Assembly: GCF_902771435.1 (NCBI RefSeq)
Contig: NZ_CACXXB010000001.1
Location: 31,723-95,722, forward strand
DNA: 64,000 nt
Source: an uncultured Methanobrevibacter sp.
GTDB lineage: Archaea > Methanobacteriota > Methanobacteria > Methanobacteriales > Methanobacteriaceae
Reading direction: 5' to 3'
Shown: one piece after another, positions 1 through 9,808 of the stretch
Position numbering within the stretch: position 1 is the stretch's first letter
Layout: each line of letters starts with the position of its first letter
The notes under the pieces: model-generated
What the model was told of the DNA's origin: nothing
Database searches by the model: none
What the model saw: only the letters and a program-made list of their open reading frames with translations
Made by a program: the position numbers and the translations under genes

Positions 1-557
1 GTGATGAATGGAATATGGTTGATTTTAATAATCGACATGTAATAGACATTGGTGGAAATAATGGAGACACTTCTCTATATTTTGCAAAAAAAGGTTCTGA
101 AGTTATTGGATTTGAACCAGTGAAACATTTATATGATTTAGCTCTTGAAAATATTGATTTAAATGATGATTTAAAAGATAAAATTACTTTTATTAATAAA
201 GGAGTAGGTGCAAAAAGGGGAGAATTGCAAATCAATGCAAAATCAATAAAAGATTATATTGATGATGATACATATAAAATGGAAATTATAACCATTAATG
301 ATATATTAAATAATTATAATTTTACTCCAGATATTTTAAAAATGGATTGTGAAGGATGCGAGTTTGAAATAATTCTAAATGAAGATTTGACAATGTTTAA
401 TGATATTATTTTTGAACATCACTCCAAAATAACTGGAAAAAATTTCATTCCACTTATTGAAAAATTAGAAGAAGATGGATTTAAAATAGATACTTTCCCT
501 GTTGTGGTCAGTGATTTACCTTTTGAAGATATAGGAATTATTCACGCATATAAATAA
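1..557 (+). CDS. FkbM-family SAM-dependent methyltransferase (5'-truncated by window edge)
   Basis: VIDIGGNNG, FEPV and LKMDCEGCE motifs; frame is open back to the window start. Confidence 0.85.
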   Translation, partial: DEWNMVDFNNRHVIDIGGNNGDTSLYFAKKGSEVIGFEPVKHLYDLALENIDLNDDLKDKITFINKGVGAKRGELQINAKSIKDYIDDDTYKMEIITINDILNNYNFTPDILKMDCEGCEFEIILNEDLTMFNDIIFEHHSKITGKNFIPLIEKLEEDGFKIDTFPVVVSDLPFEDIGIIHAYK

Positions 558-575
558 TTATTAAAAAGTGCTAAA

Positions 576-2006
576 ATGAGTCAAACAAAAACAATATTTA
601 AAAATATGAGTTGGTTATTTGTTTCACAAATAATTACTAGCATATGTGGATTTATTTGGACTATTTTAATGGCTCGATATCTTGGAGTTGAGCAATATGG
701 TATTTTTGGATTTGCTGTCTCATTGACCGGAATATTATGCATTTTATTTGATTTTGGTATTGGAATTCATAGTGTGAGGCATATTGCAACTGATTATGAT
801 TCGGCTCCAAAATATTTAGGTAATGCAATACCCCTGAAAGGTTTATTTTCAATTTTTGGATTTTTTGTAATATTAATTGTTTTAATACTAATGAACTGTG
901 ATGAACTTACCATAACCGTCACATTACTTATTACAATAGAGCAGATTATAAAAAAGTTCGTAGAATTGATGACCGCTACATTTCAGGCATTTGAGGAAGG
1001 AAAGTTTCAAGGAATCAGCAACACATTATTGAATGTATTAACTTTTATATTTATTTTAATAGCTATTTATACTGATTTAGGACTTTATGGGATAGCAATA
1101 GCTTATATTGTAGCAAATATGATTGCATTAATTTATTGCTATCATATTTTAACTAAACATTTTACAAATCCCAACTATGAATTTGATAAAGAATTCTGTA
1201 AAATGATTACAATAGCTGCACTCCCATTTGCGGCAACAGCAATTTTATCTTCAATTTATTACTCAATTGACATGGTGATGCTTACAAATATGGTTGGAAA
1301 TTATGCAACTGGTATTTATAATGCAACATATAAACTAATTGGTGTTTTAACATTATTTTATGGAATTTACAGTGCAGTCATATTTCCCGTAATGAGCAAA
1401 TTCTTTAAAAATGATGAATCAATGCTTTTAACACTTTATGAAAAATCAATCAAATACCTACTGCTCGCAATTATCCCAATAGCAATTGCAACAATGCACT
1501 ACTCAACAGACATCATCCATTTGATTTACGGACATCAATACGATGCATCATCTTCAGTTTTATCCATATTAATCTGGACAGTATGCTTATTATTCATCAG
1601 CGGTGCAGGAAATACTTTATTAAATGCATCATACAAAGAAGTTACCGTTACAAAAATTTATGCAATAGCTGCAGTATTTAATGTTGTCTTAAACCTTATT
1701 TTAATTCCATATTTATCATATAATGGTGCAGCAATAACAACAGTTTTAAGTGATGTTTTAATTGTTGTTATTCAAAGTTATGTGATTTATAAACTAGGCC
1801 ACAGGCCTAACAAGAAATTATATTATGATATAATTAAAATAATTACTGGATCTGCAATATTAGGAATAGCTCTCAACATCCTCCACCTGAACATGTGGGT
1901 TGCACTTCCGGTCGGAATTATAATTTATTTTGCAGCAATCTACTTATTAAGAGTCTTTGACGATGACGATAAATATGTCATCAAAGAAATTTTAGGTAAA
2001 AATTAA
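576..2006 (+). CDS. Wzx-like flippase / polysaccharide biosynthesis membrane protein
   Basis: Many TM segments, [10 protein letters not shown] and GIYNATYKL motifs, next to rfbA. Confidence 0.9.
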   Translation: MSQTKTIFKNMSWLFVSQIITSICGFIWTILMARYLGVEQYGIFGFAVSLTGILCILFDFGIGIHSVRHIATDYDSAPKYLGNAIPLKGLFSIFGFFVILIVLILMNCDELTITVTLLITIEQIIKKFVELMTATFQAFEEGKFQGISNTLLNVLTFIFILIAIYTDLGLYGIAIAYIVANMIALIYCYHILTKHFTNPNYEFDKEFCKMITIAALPFAATAILSSIYYSIDMVMLTNMVGNYATGIYNATYKLIGVLTLFYGIYSAVIFPVMSKFFKNDESMLLTLYEKSIKYLLLAIIPIAIATMHYSTDIIHLIYGHQYDASSSVLSILIWTVCLLFISGAGNTLLNASYKEVTVTKIYAIAAVFNVVLNLILIPYLSYNGAAITTVLSDVLIVVIQSYVIYKLGHRPNKKLYYDIIKIITGSAILGIALNILHLNMWVALPVGIIIYFAAIYLLRVFDDDDKYVIKEILGKN

Positions 2007-2017
2007 AAGGTGATACT

Positions 2018-2887
2018 ATGAAAGGAATAGTACTTGCAGGAGGTTCAGGAACACGCTTATACCCAATCACAAAGGCAGTTTCAAAACAGCTCCTACCATT
2101 ATACGACAAGCCAATGATTTATTATCCGATTTCAGTGTTGATGCTTTCAGGAATAAAAGAAATCCTAATAATTTCCACACCTAGAGATCTTCCAATGTAC
2201 AGGGATCTTTTAGGAGACGGAGCACATCTAGGAATAAAATTCGAATACAAAATTCAGGAAAATCCAAATGGTCTTGCAGAAGCATTTATAATTGGTGAAG
2301 AATTCATTGGCGATGACAATGTTGCTCTAATTTTAGGAGATAATGTTTTCCATGGACATAGATTTTCTGAAGTTTTAAAAAGAGCCACCGAACTTAAAGA
2401 TGGTGCAGTAATATTCGGATATTATACCAAAAAACCAGAAGCATTTGGTGTTGTTGAATTTGACAGCGAAGGCAATGTATTATCCGTTGAAGAAAAACCT
2501 GAAAAACCAAAATCAAATTATATTATCCCAGGATTATATTTCTATGACAATGATGTTATAGAAATCGCAAAAAATGTTAAACCATCAGATAGAGGGGAAA
2601 AGGAAATCACCTCTGTTAATGATGAATATTTAAAAAGAGGAAAACTCAAAGTTGAGCTTTTAGGTAGGGGAATGGCCTGGCTTGATACTGGAACTCATGA
2701 TGGACTTTTAGAAGCAAGCAATTTCATTGAAACAATTCAAAAAAGACAATCACTCTATGTTGCTTGCCTTGAAGAAATTGCCTTTAATCTAGGTTATATT
2801 TCAAAAGAAAAATTATTGGAATTATCAGAACCTCTAAAAAAAACTGATTATGGAAAATATTTAATTAAATTAGCTAATGATAAATAA
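2018..2887 (+). CDS. rfbA: Glucose-1-phosphate thymidylyltransferase
   Basis: [41 protein letters not shown]. Confidence 0.97.
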   Translation: MKGIVLAGGSGTRLYPITKAVSKQLLPLYDKPMIYYPISVLMLSGIKEILIISTPRDLPMYRDLLGDGAHLGIKFEYKIQENPNGLAEAFIIGEEFIGDDNVALILGDNVFHGHRFSEVLKRATELKDGAVIFGYYTKKPEAFGVVEFDSEGNVLSVEEKPEKPKSNYIIPGLYFYDNDVIEIAKNVKPSDRGEKEITSVNDEYLKRGKLKVELLGRGMAWLDTGTHDGLLEASNFIETIQKRQSLYVACLEEIAFNLGYISKEKLLELSEPLKKTDYGKYLIKLANDK

Positions 2888-3204
2888 AAGGGTAAAAAAG
2901 AACCAAATGGAAGAAAAATAACCTTTTATTTTATATGATTGTTATGATATTTAAATCAAATTATGGGCAATCTATTTTTAATTAATATTAATTTGATTAA
3001 AATAGTTAATAAATTTTCTTTTAAAGATTAATTTTAGAATGAAAGACAACAATGATTAAGATAAACGCTGTAACACTATCAATAGACAATATTACCTCAA
3101 TTATATATAAACCAAACGCATATTACTATTAAAAATATACGTTAATTTCTTTTAATTGACCTCAACAGATAAATTGTTACCAGATAAATCATTACCCACA
3201 TTAA

Positions 3205-4074
3205 TTAAGGCAAATCATCAACAATTTTCATAGCTCCAAAAACCGTAGCTTTTTCTTTCAATTGAGATATCTGAATTTCAGTTTTTTTAAATGCAACCTC
3301 ATTAAAGCCTTTTCGAATTATATCCAAAAGCATATCTCCCGCATTTGAAACACCACCTGAAATTATAATGACTTCAGGATCAAATGCGCTGCAGATTACA
3401 CCAAGCATCTTTCCGAATTTAAAATAGGTATCACCGATTATCTTTAAGGCAACTTCATCTCCAAGTTTTGCCTGGGTGAAAATATCTTTTGCCGTGAAAT
3501 TTTCAAAATCCCTCAGTGAAGAATACTCGTCATTTGATTTTAAATAGTCCTTCACAGTTTTTACAAGCCCTTGAGCTGAGGCGTTTTGCTCAGGTGTTGC
3601 TGAATCAAGATATATGTGACCAATTTCACCTGCAGCACCATTATGGCCTTCCACCAGCTGACTGTTGATTACAAGACCTGCGCCAATTCCCGTTCCGATT
3701 GTTACCAGAAACAAGTTATCCCAGTTTATAGCCTCGCCGATGGCCTGCAGATTCACATCATTTAAAACAATCACTTTTATGCCAATTCTGGTCTGCAAAA
3801 CCCTGCCAAAATCACATTCAGGCAAATTCAGATTATTGGCTTTGCCCACAATGCCGTCTTTTACAATACCCGCTATACCCACCACGACTGCCTTAAAATC
3901 TGTATTTTTTAAGTTCAGCTCGGAAATTTTAGCGTTGATCTCACATTCAAGCATGTCAATGATATTGTTCTTGGGTGTTTTAACCGTCCATGCTGTTATT
4001 ACTTCATGTGAGCGAAAAACCGAGAAGTTTGTTGTTGTTCCTCCAAGGTCAACGGAAAATGCATAACTGTTCAT
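3205..4074 (-). CDS. ROK family sugar kinase (glucokinase-like)
   Basis: DLGGT, NDVNLQAIGE, TIGTGIGAG, GAAGEIGH motifs. Confidence 0.88.
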   Translation of the reverse strand: MNSYAFSVDLGGTTTNFSVFRSHEVITAWTVKTPKNNIIDMLECEINAKISELNLKNTDFKAVVVGIAGIVKDGIVGKANNLNLPECDFGRVLQTRIGIKVIVLNDVNLQAIGEAINWDNLFLVTIGTGIGAGLVINSQLVEGHNGAAGEIGHIYLDSATPEQNASAQGLVKTVKDYLKSNDEYSSLRDFENFTAKDIFTQAKLGDEVALKIIGDTYFKFGKMLGVICSAFDPEVIIISGGVSNAGDMLLDIIRKGFNEVAFKKTEIQISQLKEKATVFGAMKIVDDLP

Positions 4075-4252
4075 GGTTAATGATTTGTGAAAATCTCTTA
4101 TAAAATGCTATCTAAAAATTAAAAAATAACTGCAACTCATCTACAACACAAATATGCCACACAACATTCAGTTCAAATTAACTAGATTTTGTAAAAGTTT
4201 TTAAAAAAAAAATGTGGCAAATTTTAAATATAACATACGAGTTATTACTTTT

Positions 4253-5812
4253 ATGAATCGAAAACTTATTATTGCAGCAATAGCCATTATAGCCATTGCA
4301 GGTATAGGAGTGTTTGCACTGACAAACACGGGTACAAACAGCGGTTCATCAATAAGCATTGATGCGAGTGCTCTTGAGGACATGTCAAATCTTGCTGTTG
4401 ATGGAGAAAAATTAGAGAAAAGCAATGCATTTTTCCACTCAGAATCTTCAGACATCAATGCCCTTTTAGTTAAAAATGGAGGGGCATTCAAAATATCAAA
4501 CGGACAAATCAACAAGACAGGAGATACCCAAACCAGTGGAGACGATGCGGACTTTTACGGAGTGAATTCCGCCGTTCTTGTAAACACCAACGGTACTTTG
4601 GACATTAGCAATGTTGAAATCAATACCAATTCCAAAGGATCAAACGGTATTTTTGTAACCAATGCAAATGCTTCCTCAAGCAATTCCTCACAGGGAGGTG
4701 CTGGAGGCGAACCACCTGAAGCAACCGGGAACGGAAGCGGAAACGGAGGACAACCACCTGAAATGCCTGAAGCTACTGGAAACGGAAGCGGAAACGGAGG
4801 ACAACCACCCGAAATGCCATCCGGAGAAGGTTCCGGTGAAGGCGGACAGGCTCCTGGAGGAAACGGTGGAGGCCAGCCTGGTCAGGACACAGTTTCCGGA
4901 ACAACAGAAGCAACCATTAAAAACGTGAAAATCACAACACACTCAGATAAGTCCAGGGGACTTGATGCAACCTATAACGGTAAGATTACCGCTGAAAATG
5001 TGATTATCAACACCGACGGACAAAGCTGTGCTGCTCTTGCAACAGACCGTGGCGAGGGCCAAGTTCATGTTAAAAACTCCGAAATCAACACAGGAGTAAG
5101 TAAAACCAGCGGCAGAGGATCACCTTTAGTATACTCAACAGGAAACATTACCCTTGAAAACACCAAAGGAACATCCTATGTATCTCAGATTGCATGTATT
5201 GAAGGTAAAAACTCAATCGGAGTGACAAATTCAGACCTTACCGGTTACGCTGAGGGTAACAGAAAAGATGGTGACGCTTACGTTGATTTGGGTGGCGTAT
5301 TCATTTATCAAAGTATGAGCGGAGACGCCAATGTTGGAACATCCCTATTTAATGCTAAAGACTCAAAGCTTTCAATAGCTTCCAATTCTTCATTTTACAA
5401 AACTGCTCCGATGTTTCATGTAACAAACACCGCATGTGTCATTAACCTGGACAATACCGAGCTGAACTTCGGAAGCGGAACATTTTTGGAAATTGCAGGT
5501 CAAAACCAATGGGGAACAACCGGGTCCAATGGAGGAGTGGCTGAACTGAACACAAATAATGAAAAAATCAACGGCAATGTCATTGTCGATACCATAAGCT
5601 CCCTTAACTGGACAATGAAAAATACAGACTTTAAAGGTGCAGTCAACTCTACCGGAAACACTACCGTCAATGTTGGTGAAGGATCAACCTGGACATTAAC
5701 CGGCGACAGTACCGTGTCAAGTCTGGCCGTTTCAGGTAAAATTGATTACGGAAACTTCAAATTGACTGTTGGAAATAATACCTACGACAGTTCAAACCCT
5801 TTTAAAGGATAG
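4253..5812 (+). CDS. Membrane-anchored/secreted beta-helix-like protein with Gly/Pro-rich insert (adhesin-like)
   Basis: N-terminal hydrophobic anchor (MNRKLIIAAIAIIAIAGIGVF), Asn/Thr/Gly/Ser-rich beta repeats; ATG 4253 lies ~23 nt after TTTAAATA at 4223. Confidence 0.7.
   Translation: MNRKLIIAAIAIIAIAGIGVFALTNTGTNSGSSISIDASALEDMSNLAVDGEKLEKSNAFFHSESSDINALLVKNGGAFKISNGQINKTGDTQTSGDDADFYGVNSAVLVNTNGTLDISNVEINTNSKGSNGIFVTNANASSSNSSQGGAGGEPPEATGNGSGNGGQPPEMPEATGNGSGNGGQPPEMPSGEGSGEGGQAPGGNGGGQPGQDTVSGTTEATIKNVKITTHSDKSRGLDATYNGKITAENVIINTDGQSCAALATDRGEGQVHVKNSEINTGVSKTSGRGSPLVYSTGNITLENTKGTSYVSQIACIEGKNSIGVTNSDLTGYAEGNRKDGDAYVDLGGVFIYQSMSGDANVGTSLFNAKDSKLSIASNSSFYKTAPMFHVTNTACVINLDNTELNFGSGTFLEIAGQNQWGTTGSNGGVAELNTNNEKINGNVIVDTISSLNWTMKNTDFKGAVNSTGNTTVNVGEGSTWTLTGDSTVSSLAVSGKIDYGNFKLTVGNNTYDSSNPFKG
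4715..4816 (+). repeat. 2 x 51-bp intragenic tandem repeat (PEATGNGSGNGGQPPEM)
   Basis: Near-identical units at 4715-4765 and 4766-4816. Confidence 0.9.
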
Positions 5813-5840
5813 GAAAGATTAATCTCTTTCCTAATCTTTT
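5810..5840. terminator. Hairpin between convergent genes
   Basis: TAGGAAAGA-ttaatc-TCTTTCCTA followed by a T run. Confidence 0.6.
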
Positions 5841-6225
5841 AATGAATTCTGACAATATTCTCAATTCTATCAAAATCACTATCAAAACTGACTATTTCAC
5901 CAATGCCCTCTTTTTTCATCAATGCGACATACATTGCATCAAAAAAGGAAATTGTTGAATCATATTTGACGAATTCACCCATTGCATCATCATAGAAATC
6001 TGCATCTTCTATTATGCGGAAAAAATTCGGAAGATTTCTATATATCTCTAAAATTTCTTTAGTTTCAAGTTTATTCTTCAGAACTGTGATGGTTTCGGCA
6101 ATGACTAATTTTGAGGTAACTAATTTTGCATTTTTAATTTTTTCATAGACTTTTACCGCATTAGGATGCCAATCATCATTTGAAACAAAAAGAGCTACGA
6201 TAAATGTAGTGTCTAAAAAATACAT
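5839..6225 (-). CDS. vapC: PIN-domain VapC toxin
   Basis: YFLDTTFIVAL, VIAET, ISFFDA and SFDSDFD acidic PIN motifs. Confidence 0.92.
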   Translation of the reverse strand: MYFLDTTFIVALFVSNDDWHPNAVKVYEKIKNAKLVTSKLVIAETITVLKNKLETKEILEIYRNLPNFFRIIEDADFYDDAMGEFVKYDSTISFFDAMYVALMKKEGIGEIVSFDSDFDRIENIVRIH

Positions 6226-6228
6226 TAA

Positions 6229-6417
6229 TCACGCCTCCCTATTTTTAAATTCATGTTTCAAATTAACACAATTAATTTTGTTTTTTGCTTGAAACTTTCC
6301 TATAAAATCTTCTAAAACAGTCTCTTTGTGTTGTGGTGTTTTTCTACGATACATATTATGATTCCTAAACTTTTTAGGTGAAATAGAATTGATTTTTTTA
6401 TATTTAAGAATACCCAT
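6229..6417 (-). CDS. Degenerate antitoxin paralogue (62 aa)
   Basis: C-terminus LEDFIGKFQAKNKINCVNLKHEFKN matches the neighbour's LEDMIGRYSANEKIDSVKLKHDFKN; has its own GGTGAT RBS. Confidence 0.65.
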   Translation of the reverse strand: MGILKYKKINSISPKKFRNHNMYRRKTPQHKETVLEDFIGKFQAKNKINCVNLKHEFKNREA

Positions 6418-6471
6418 TGTATCACCTAACTTTATATTATATACCTAACTATATAAAGATTTTCATGAAAT

Positions 6472-6708
6472 TCATAATTTATTATTTTTAAAATCATGTT
6501 TTAATTTAACAGAGTCAATTTTTTCATTGGCGGAATATCTGCCAATCATATCCTCTAAAGACAAATCCTTAATAAACTCAACTTCAACTTTACCATTTTC
6601 ATTAATTTTCCATTCAACCTTATAGGATTTATCTAAATTAAATTCCCTGCGAATTTCAGAGGGTATAACTGTTTGAAATTTATCATATATCCTAGTTACA
6701 CTGACCAT
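6472..6708 (-). CDS. AbrB/MazE/SpoVT-family antitoxin (VapB)
   Basis: RIYDKFQTVIPSEIRREFNL AbrB signature upstream of a PIN toxin. Confidence 0.85.
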   Translation of the reverse strand: MVSVTRIYDKFQTVIPSEIRREFNLDKSYKVEWKINENGKVEVEFIKDLSLEDMIGRYSANEKIDSVKLKHDFKNNKL

Positions 6709-6828
6709 TGAATCACTTCCTAACTATATATCTAAATTCCTAACTTAATAAATATTGACATGAAAATAGATAATTGCAGAAATCTTAAAAAAAAAGTTAT
6801 AAAATATAAAAAGAAAAAAAATAAAGAA

Positions 6829-7344
6829 TTAGCAGTGGAAACCTGCATCATACACTTCTTTTAGCAAATCCTTTTGGGATTTGACATCACCGAATGCAGA
6901 AAATACTGCCTTTTCGGTTGGGTTTTTTGAAAAACTGATGAAATCTCTGATTCCAGTTAAAACATTACCGTTTTTTGCACCTGCTGCAGTAATGATGTAA
7001 TACTCCTTGTTTTCCAAATCCCTGAATATAGGATAGCACCTGTCAAAGAATCTTTTGAGTGTTCCGCACATTGAATAATAGTAAACCGGTGTTGCATATA
7101 CGATTACATCAGCTTCCATCATCTTATCCAGAACTTCTGCAAGCCCATCTTCCTGGAAACACTTCATTTCAGGAGTCTTGCATTTATAGCATGCTTTGCA
7201 TGCATGAAATCTAATCTCTTCAAGGTTATATTTTACAACGGCATTGTCTGCGTCAAGGGCGCCCTTTACAAATTCATCACACATGGTATCGGAATTACCG
7301 CCGATTCTTGGTGATGAACTGATTACAACTACTTTTTTTGTCAT
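6829..7344 (-). CDS. Iron-sulfur flavoprotein / NADPH-dependent FMN reductase family
   Basis: SSPRIGGNS, CKACYKC..C, ATPVYYY motifs. Confidence 0.88.
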   Translation of the reverse strand: MTKKVVVISSSPRIGGNSDTMCDEFVKGALDADNAVVKYNLEEIRFHACKACYKCKTPEMKCFQEDGLAEVLDKMMEADVIVYATPVYYYSMCGTLKRFFDRCYPIFRDLENKEYYIITAAGAKNGNVLTGIRDFISFSKNPTEKAVFSAFGDVKSQKDLLKEVYDAGFHC

Positions 7345-7349
7345 ATTAA

Positions 7350-7811
7350 CTACTCCTCAATCCATTCTTTTGCTTTTGAAACATTTCCTGTAAATCTCAT
7401 TCCCTTTGCGAAATCAAGTTCAGGATATGTGTTTTGAAGGTCACTTACACATTTGTCGACTCCTGAGCCTCCGGATGTGCAGAATACCTTGATTTTTTTG
7501 CCTTCTAAATCAACGCTTTCTATGAATGTGTTGATGATTGTCGGTGCGGTATACCACCATACCGGAAAACCGATTGCAACAGTATCGTATGATGAAACAT
7601 CACAGGTCTGCTTAATTGGCGGTCTGAATGACTTGTCATTCATTTCAATTGTTGATCTTGAGTTTTTGTCCATATAATCCAAATCTGCAGGAGTGTAAAT
7701 TTCCTCCGGCTCAATTTCAAAAATGTCATATCCGTTTTCGCCGGCTATTTTTTCGGCTACGCTTTTAGTTACTCCGCTTGCTGAAAAATATGCAATCAAT
7801 ACATTGCTCAT
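7350..7811 (-). CDS. Flavodoxin
   Basis: AYFSASGVT, GFPVWWY, FCTSGGSG. Confidence 0.9.
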   Translation of the reverse strand: MSNVLIAYFSASGVTKSVAEKIAGENGYDIFEIEPEEIYTPADLDYMDKNSRSTIEMNDKSFRPPIKQTCDVSSYDTVAIGFPVWWYTAPTIINTFIESVDLEGKKIKVFCTSGGSGVDKCVSDLQNTYPELDFAKGMRFTGNVSKAKEWIEE

Positions 7812-8008
7812 TAATATCACCTATTTAAAATTAAGAATTTCCTATTATTTAATTGTTTATAATCGCAACAATAGGCGGAAATTACTAAATGAATGCATCG
7901 AACATGAATTAAATTTTCCAAGCTAGTAAAGTTGATTCTGACTTGCGAATTCCTTGGGACATATTGTCAGAAAACATGTTAATGAACTGCATTTCTAATT
8001 TTATTATT

Positions 8009-8743
8009 TCATAATGGTTTGGATACTATGTTGCCACAATCATTACAGATATAATCTATTATCTTCCATGCACAATAGCTATAATCTGGATTAGGTGCCT
8101 TATGGGATTTGACAGTCATATTTTCACTGCCGCATTTATCACAGATAACTTTAGTCAGCCTTTCTTCATTTATAGCGATATCATCTAAAACAGACTCATC
8201 ACTAATCTTTTGAGCAGCGGCACGACGAACATAGGCATCATCATCATTCATTGCAATATCAGTTAAGACGGACTCATCACTAATCTTTTGAGCAGCGGCA
8301 CGACGAACATAGGAATTTTCATCATTTTTAGCAATGTCAGTTAAGACGGACTCATCACTAATCTTTTGAGCCGAAGCTGCACGAACTACGAAATCTTCAT
8401 CATTTTTAGCAATTTCAATTAAAACTGATTGGTCATTAATCTTTTGGGCGGCTTCGTTACGAAAAGGACCGTTACTATTTTTAACAATACCTATTAAAAC
8501 AGACTCATCGCTAATCTTTTCAATCGCCTTTGAAACAATCTTGGAATCCGTGGCATTCATAGCAATATCAGCTAAAATATCCATATTACTGATCATCTCA
8601 AGTGCATCTAAACGAACCCGGAAATCTTTATCATTTTTAGCAATATCCGATAAAACATTCTCATTTTCAATAGTTGTCTCTCTAGCAACTTCACTATCTG
8701 AATCATTTCTATCCATTTCCACCACCTTTACATCTCCAACCAT
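8009..8743 (-). CDS. HEAT-like repeat protein with C-terminal zinc ribbon
   Basis: 26-aa repeats (ISDESVLTDIAKNDENSYVRRAAAQK); CDKC...CNDC at the C-terminus. Confidence 0.8.
   Translation of the reverse strand: MVGDVKVVEMDRNDSDSEVARETTIENENVLSDIAKNDKDFRVRLDALEMISNMDILADIAMNATDSKIVSKAIEKISDESVLIGIVKNSNGPFRNEAAQKINDQSVLIEIAKNDEDFVVRAASAQKISDESVLTDIAKNDENSYVRRAAAQKISDESVLTDIAMNDDDAYVRRAAAQKISDESVLDDIAINEERLTKVICDKCGSENMTVKSHKAPNPDYSYCAWKIIDYICNDCGNIVSKPL
8193..8420 (-). repeat. 78-bp period tandem repeats encoding the HEAT-like units
   Basis: GACTCATCACTAATCTTTTGAGC recurs at 8193, 8271 and 8349. Confidence 0.85.
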
Positions 8744-8899
8744 TTTATAGTTTAAAATATTGCTTCAAAACTTTTTCATGTTTTGTTACAATTATGGTAC
8801 TGATTAATACATTGCCATCATATTCGGAAGTTATTTTAATAAATAATATATAAATAAATAGTGAGAGCATTTGAAGACTTAACATCTTTAGATGCATTT

Positions 8900-8948
8900 T
8901 TGTGAAATTCATCCCCGACCTTTAAGAGGTCTAGGCATCCTTTCACAA
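8900..8948. mobile_element. Possible IS200/IS605-type subterminal palindrome relic
   Basis: TTCATCCCCGACCT-TTAAG-AGGTC resembles IS200/IS605 end hairpins; outer stem TTGTGAAA/TTTCACAA; no transposase nearby. Confidence 0.35.
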
Positions 8949-9037
8949 TTAAGATAAAGTTAATTATTATAAAGTATGATGAGTACGGGTAGCTGATATA
9001 ATTCTACCGTGCTAAAAATTAATGAAGGTAATGTAAA

Positions 9038-9808
9038 ATGTCAAAACCCGTTGTTGCAATAACAAGGCCAAAGGATAGGGCAAAGAAGGCCTGTGAAATT
9101 GTTGAAAAATTGGGCGGAGAAGCCATTCTTGCACCGACACTTGATTTGGAGCCAGTCAATACCGAATCCCTTAAAAATCTTGTCGCAAGAAAGGAAGATC
9201 TGGACTGGATAATTTTCACATCCCCGACCACAATCGTTTCTCTAAACAAGTTCTATCCAGACTTTTTGAAAACTCTTGAATGCAATTTGGCAGTCATCGG
9301 AAACAAGACCGGAAAGTTAGCCGAAAAACAGGGTCTTGAAGTTGACTTGATGCCTGAAGAGTTTACTGCAGAAGGACTGATTGAAGAGTTTAAAAATCAG
9401 AAGATTACAGGCAAAACCATCGGAATTCCAAGAACCGCATCTGCAAGGCCTGTTCTTCCCCAAGAACTTGAAAAGCTTGGAAACGAAGTTATTCTTGCCG
9501 AAGCATACAAGTCACTGTTTCCTATGGATGAAGATGCAGTCAAGGATTTAATCGAAAAGATAGAAAACGGCAAAATAGATGCGATTACATTTACAAGTCC
9601 TCTTACTGTTGAAAACTTCTTTGAAATAGGTGAAAACAAAGCAAAGATTGCAGAGCTTTTGAATGACAACCTTTTAACAGTCTGCATTGGCCCGATTACT
9701 GCAAGGGTCCTTGAAAAATATGACGTTAGCCACATTTACCCTGACACTTACACAGTTCCTGACATGATGGAACTATTATTCAAAACATTGGAAAAGGTGA
9801 AAAAATGA
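9038..9808 (+). CDS. hemD: Uroporphyrinogen-III synthase
   Basis: VAITRP, WIIFTSP, IGNKT, FTSPLTV, CIGPITA. Confidence 0.93.
   Translation: MSKPVVAITRPKDRAKKACEIVEKLGGEAILAPTLDLEPVNTESLKNLVARKEDLDWIIFTSPTTIVSLNKFYPDFLKTLECNLAVIGNKTGKLAEKQGLEVDLMPEEFTAEGLIEEFKNQKITGKTIGIPRTASARPVLPQELEKLGNEVILAEAYKSLFPMDEDAVKDLIEKIENGKIDAITFTSPLTVENFFEIGENKAKIAELLNDNLLTVCIGPITARVLEKYDVSHIYPDTYTVPDMMELLFKTLEKVKK

Noticed and set aside
2888-3204. Possible rmlC/B/D remnant after rfbA
   Set aside because: Only short AT-rich ORFs with no recognisable motifs; the 15-bp repeat near 3166-3195 is too short to interpret
7890-7996. Weak nested inverted repeats (TTCTGAC/GTCAGAA, AACATG/CATGTT) upstream of the flavodoxin genes
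   Set aside because: Stems are short and widely spaced; cannot be distinguished from chance
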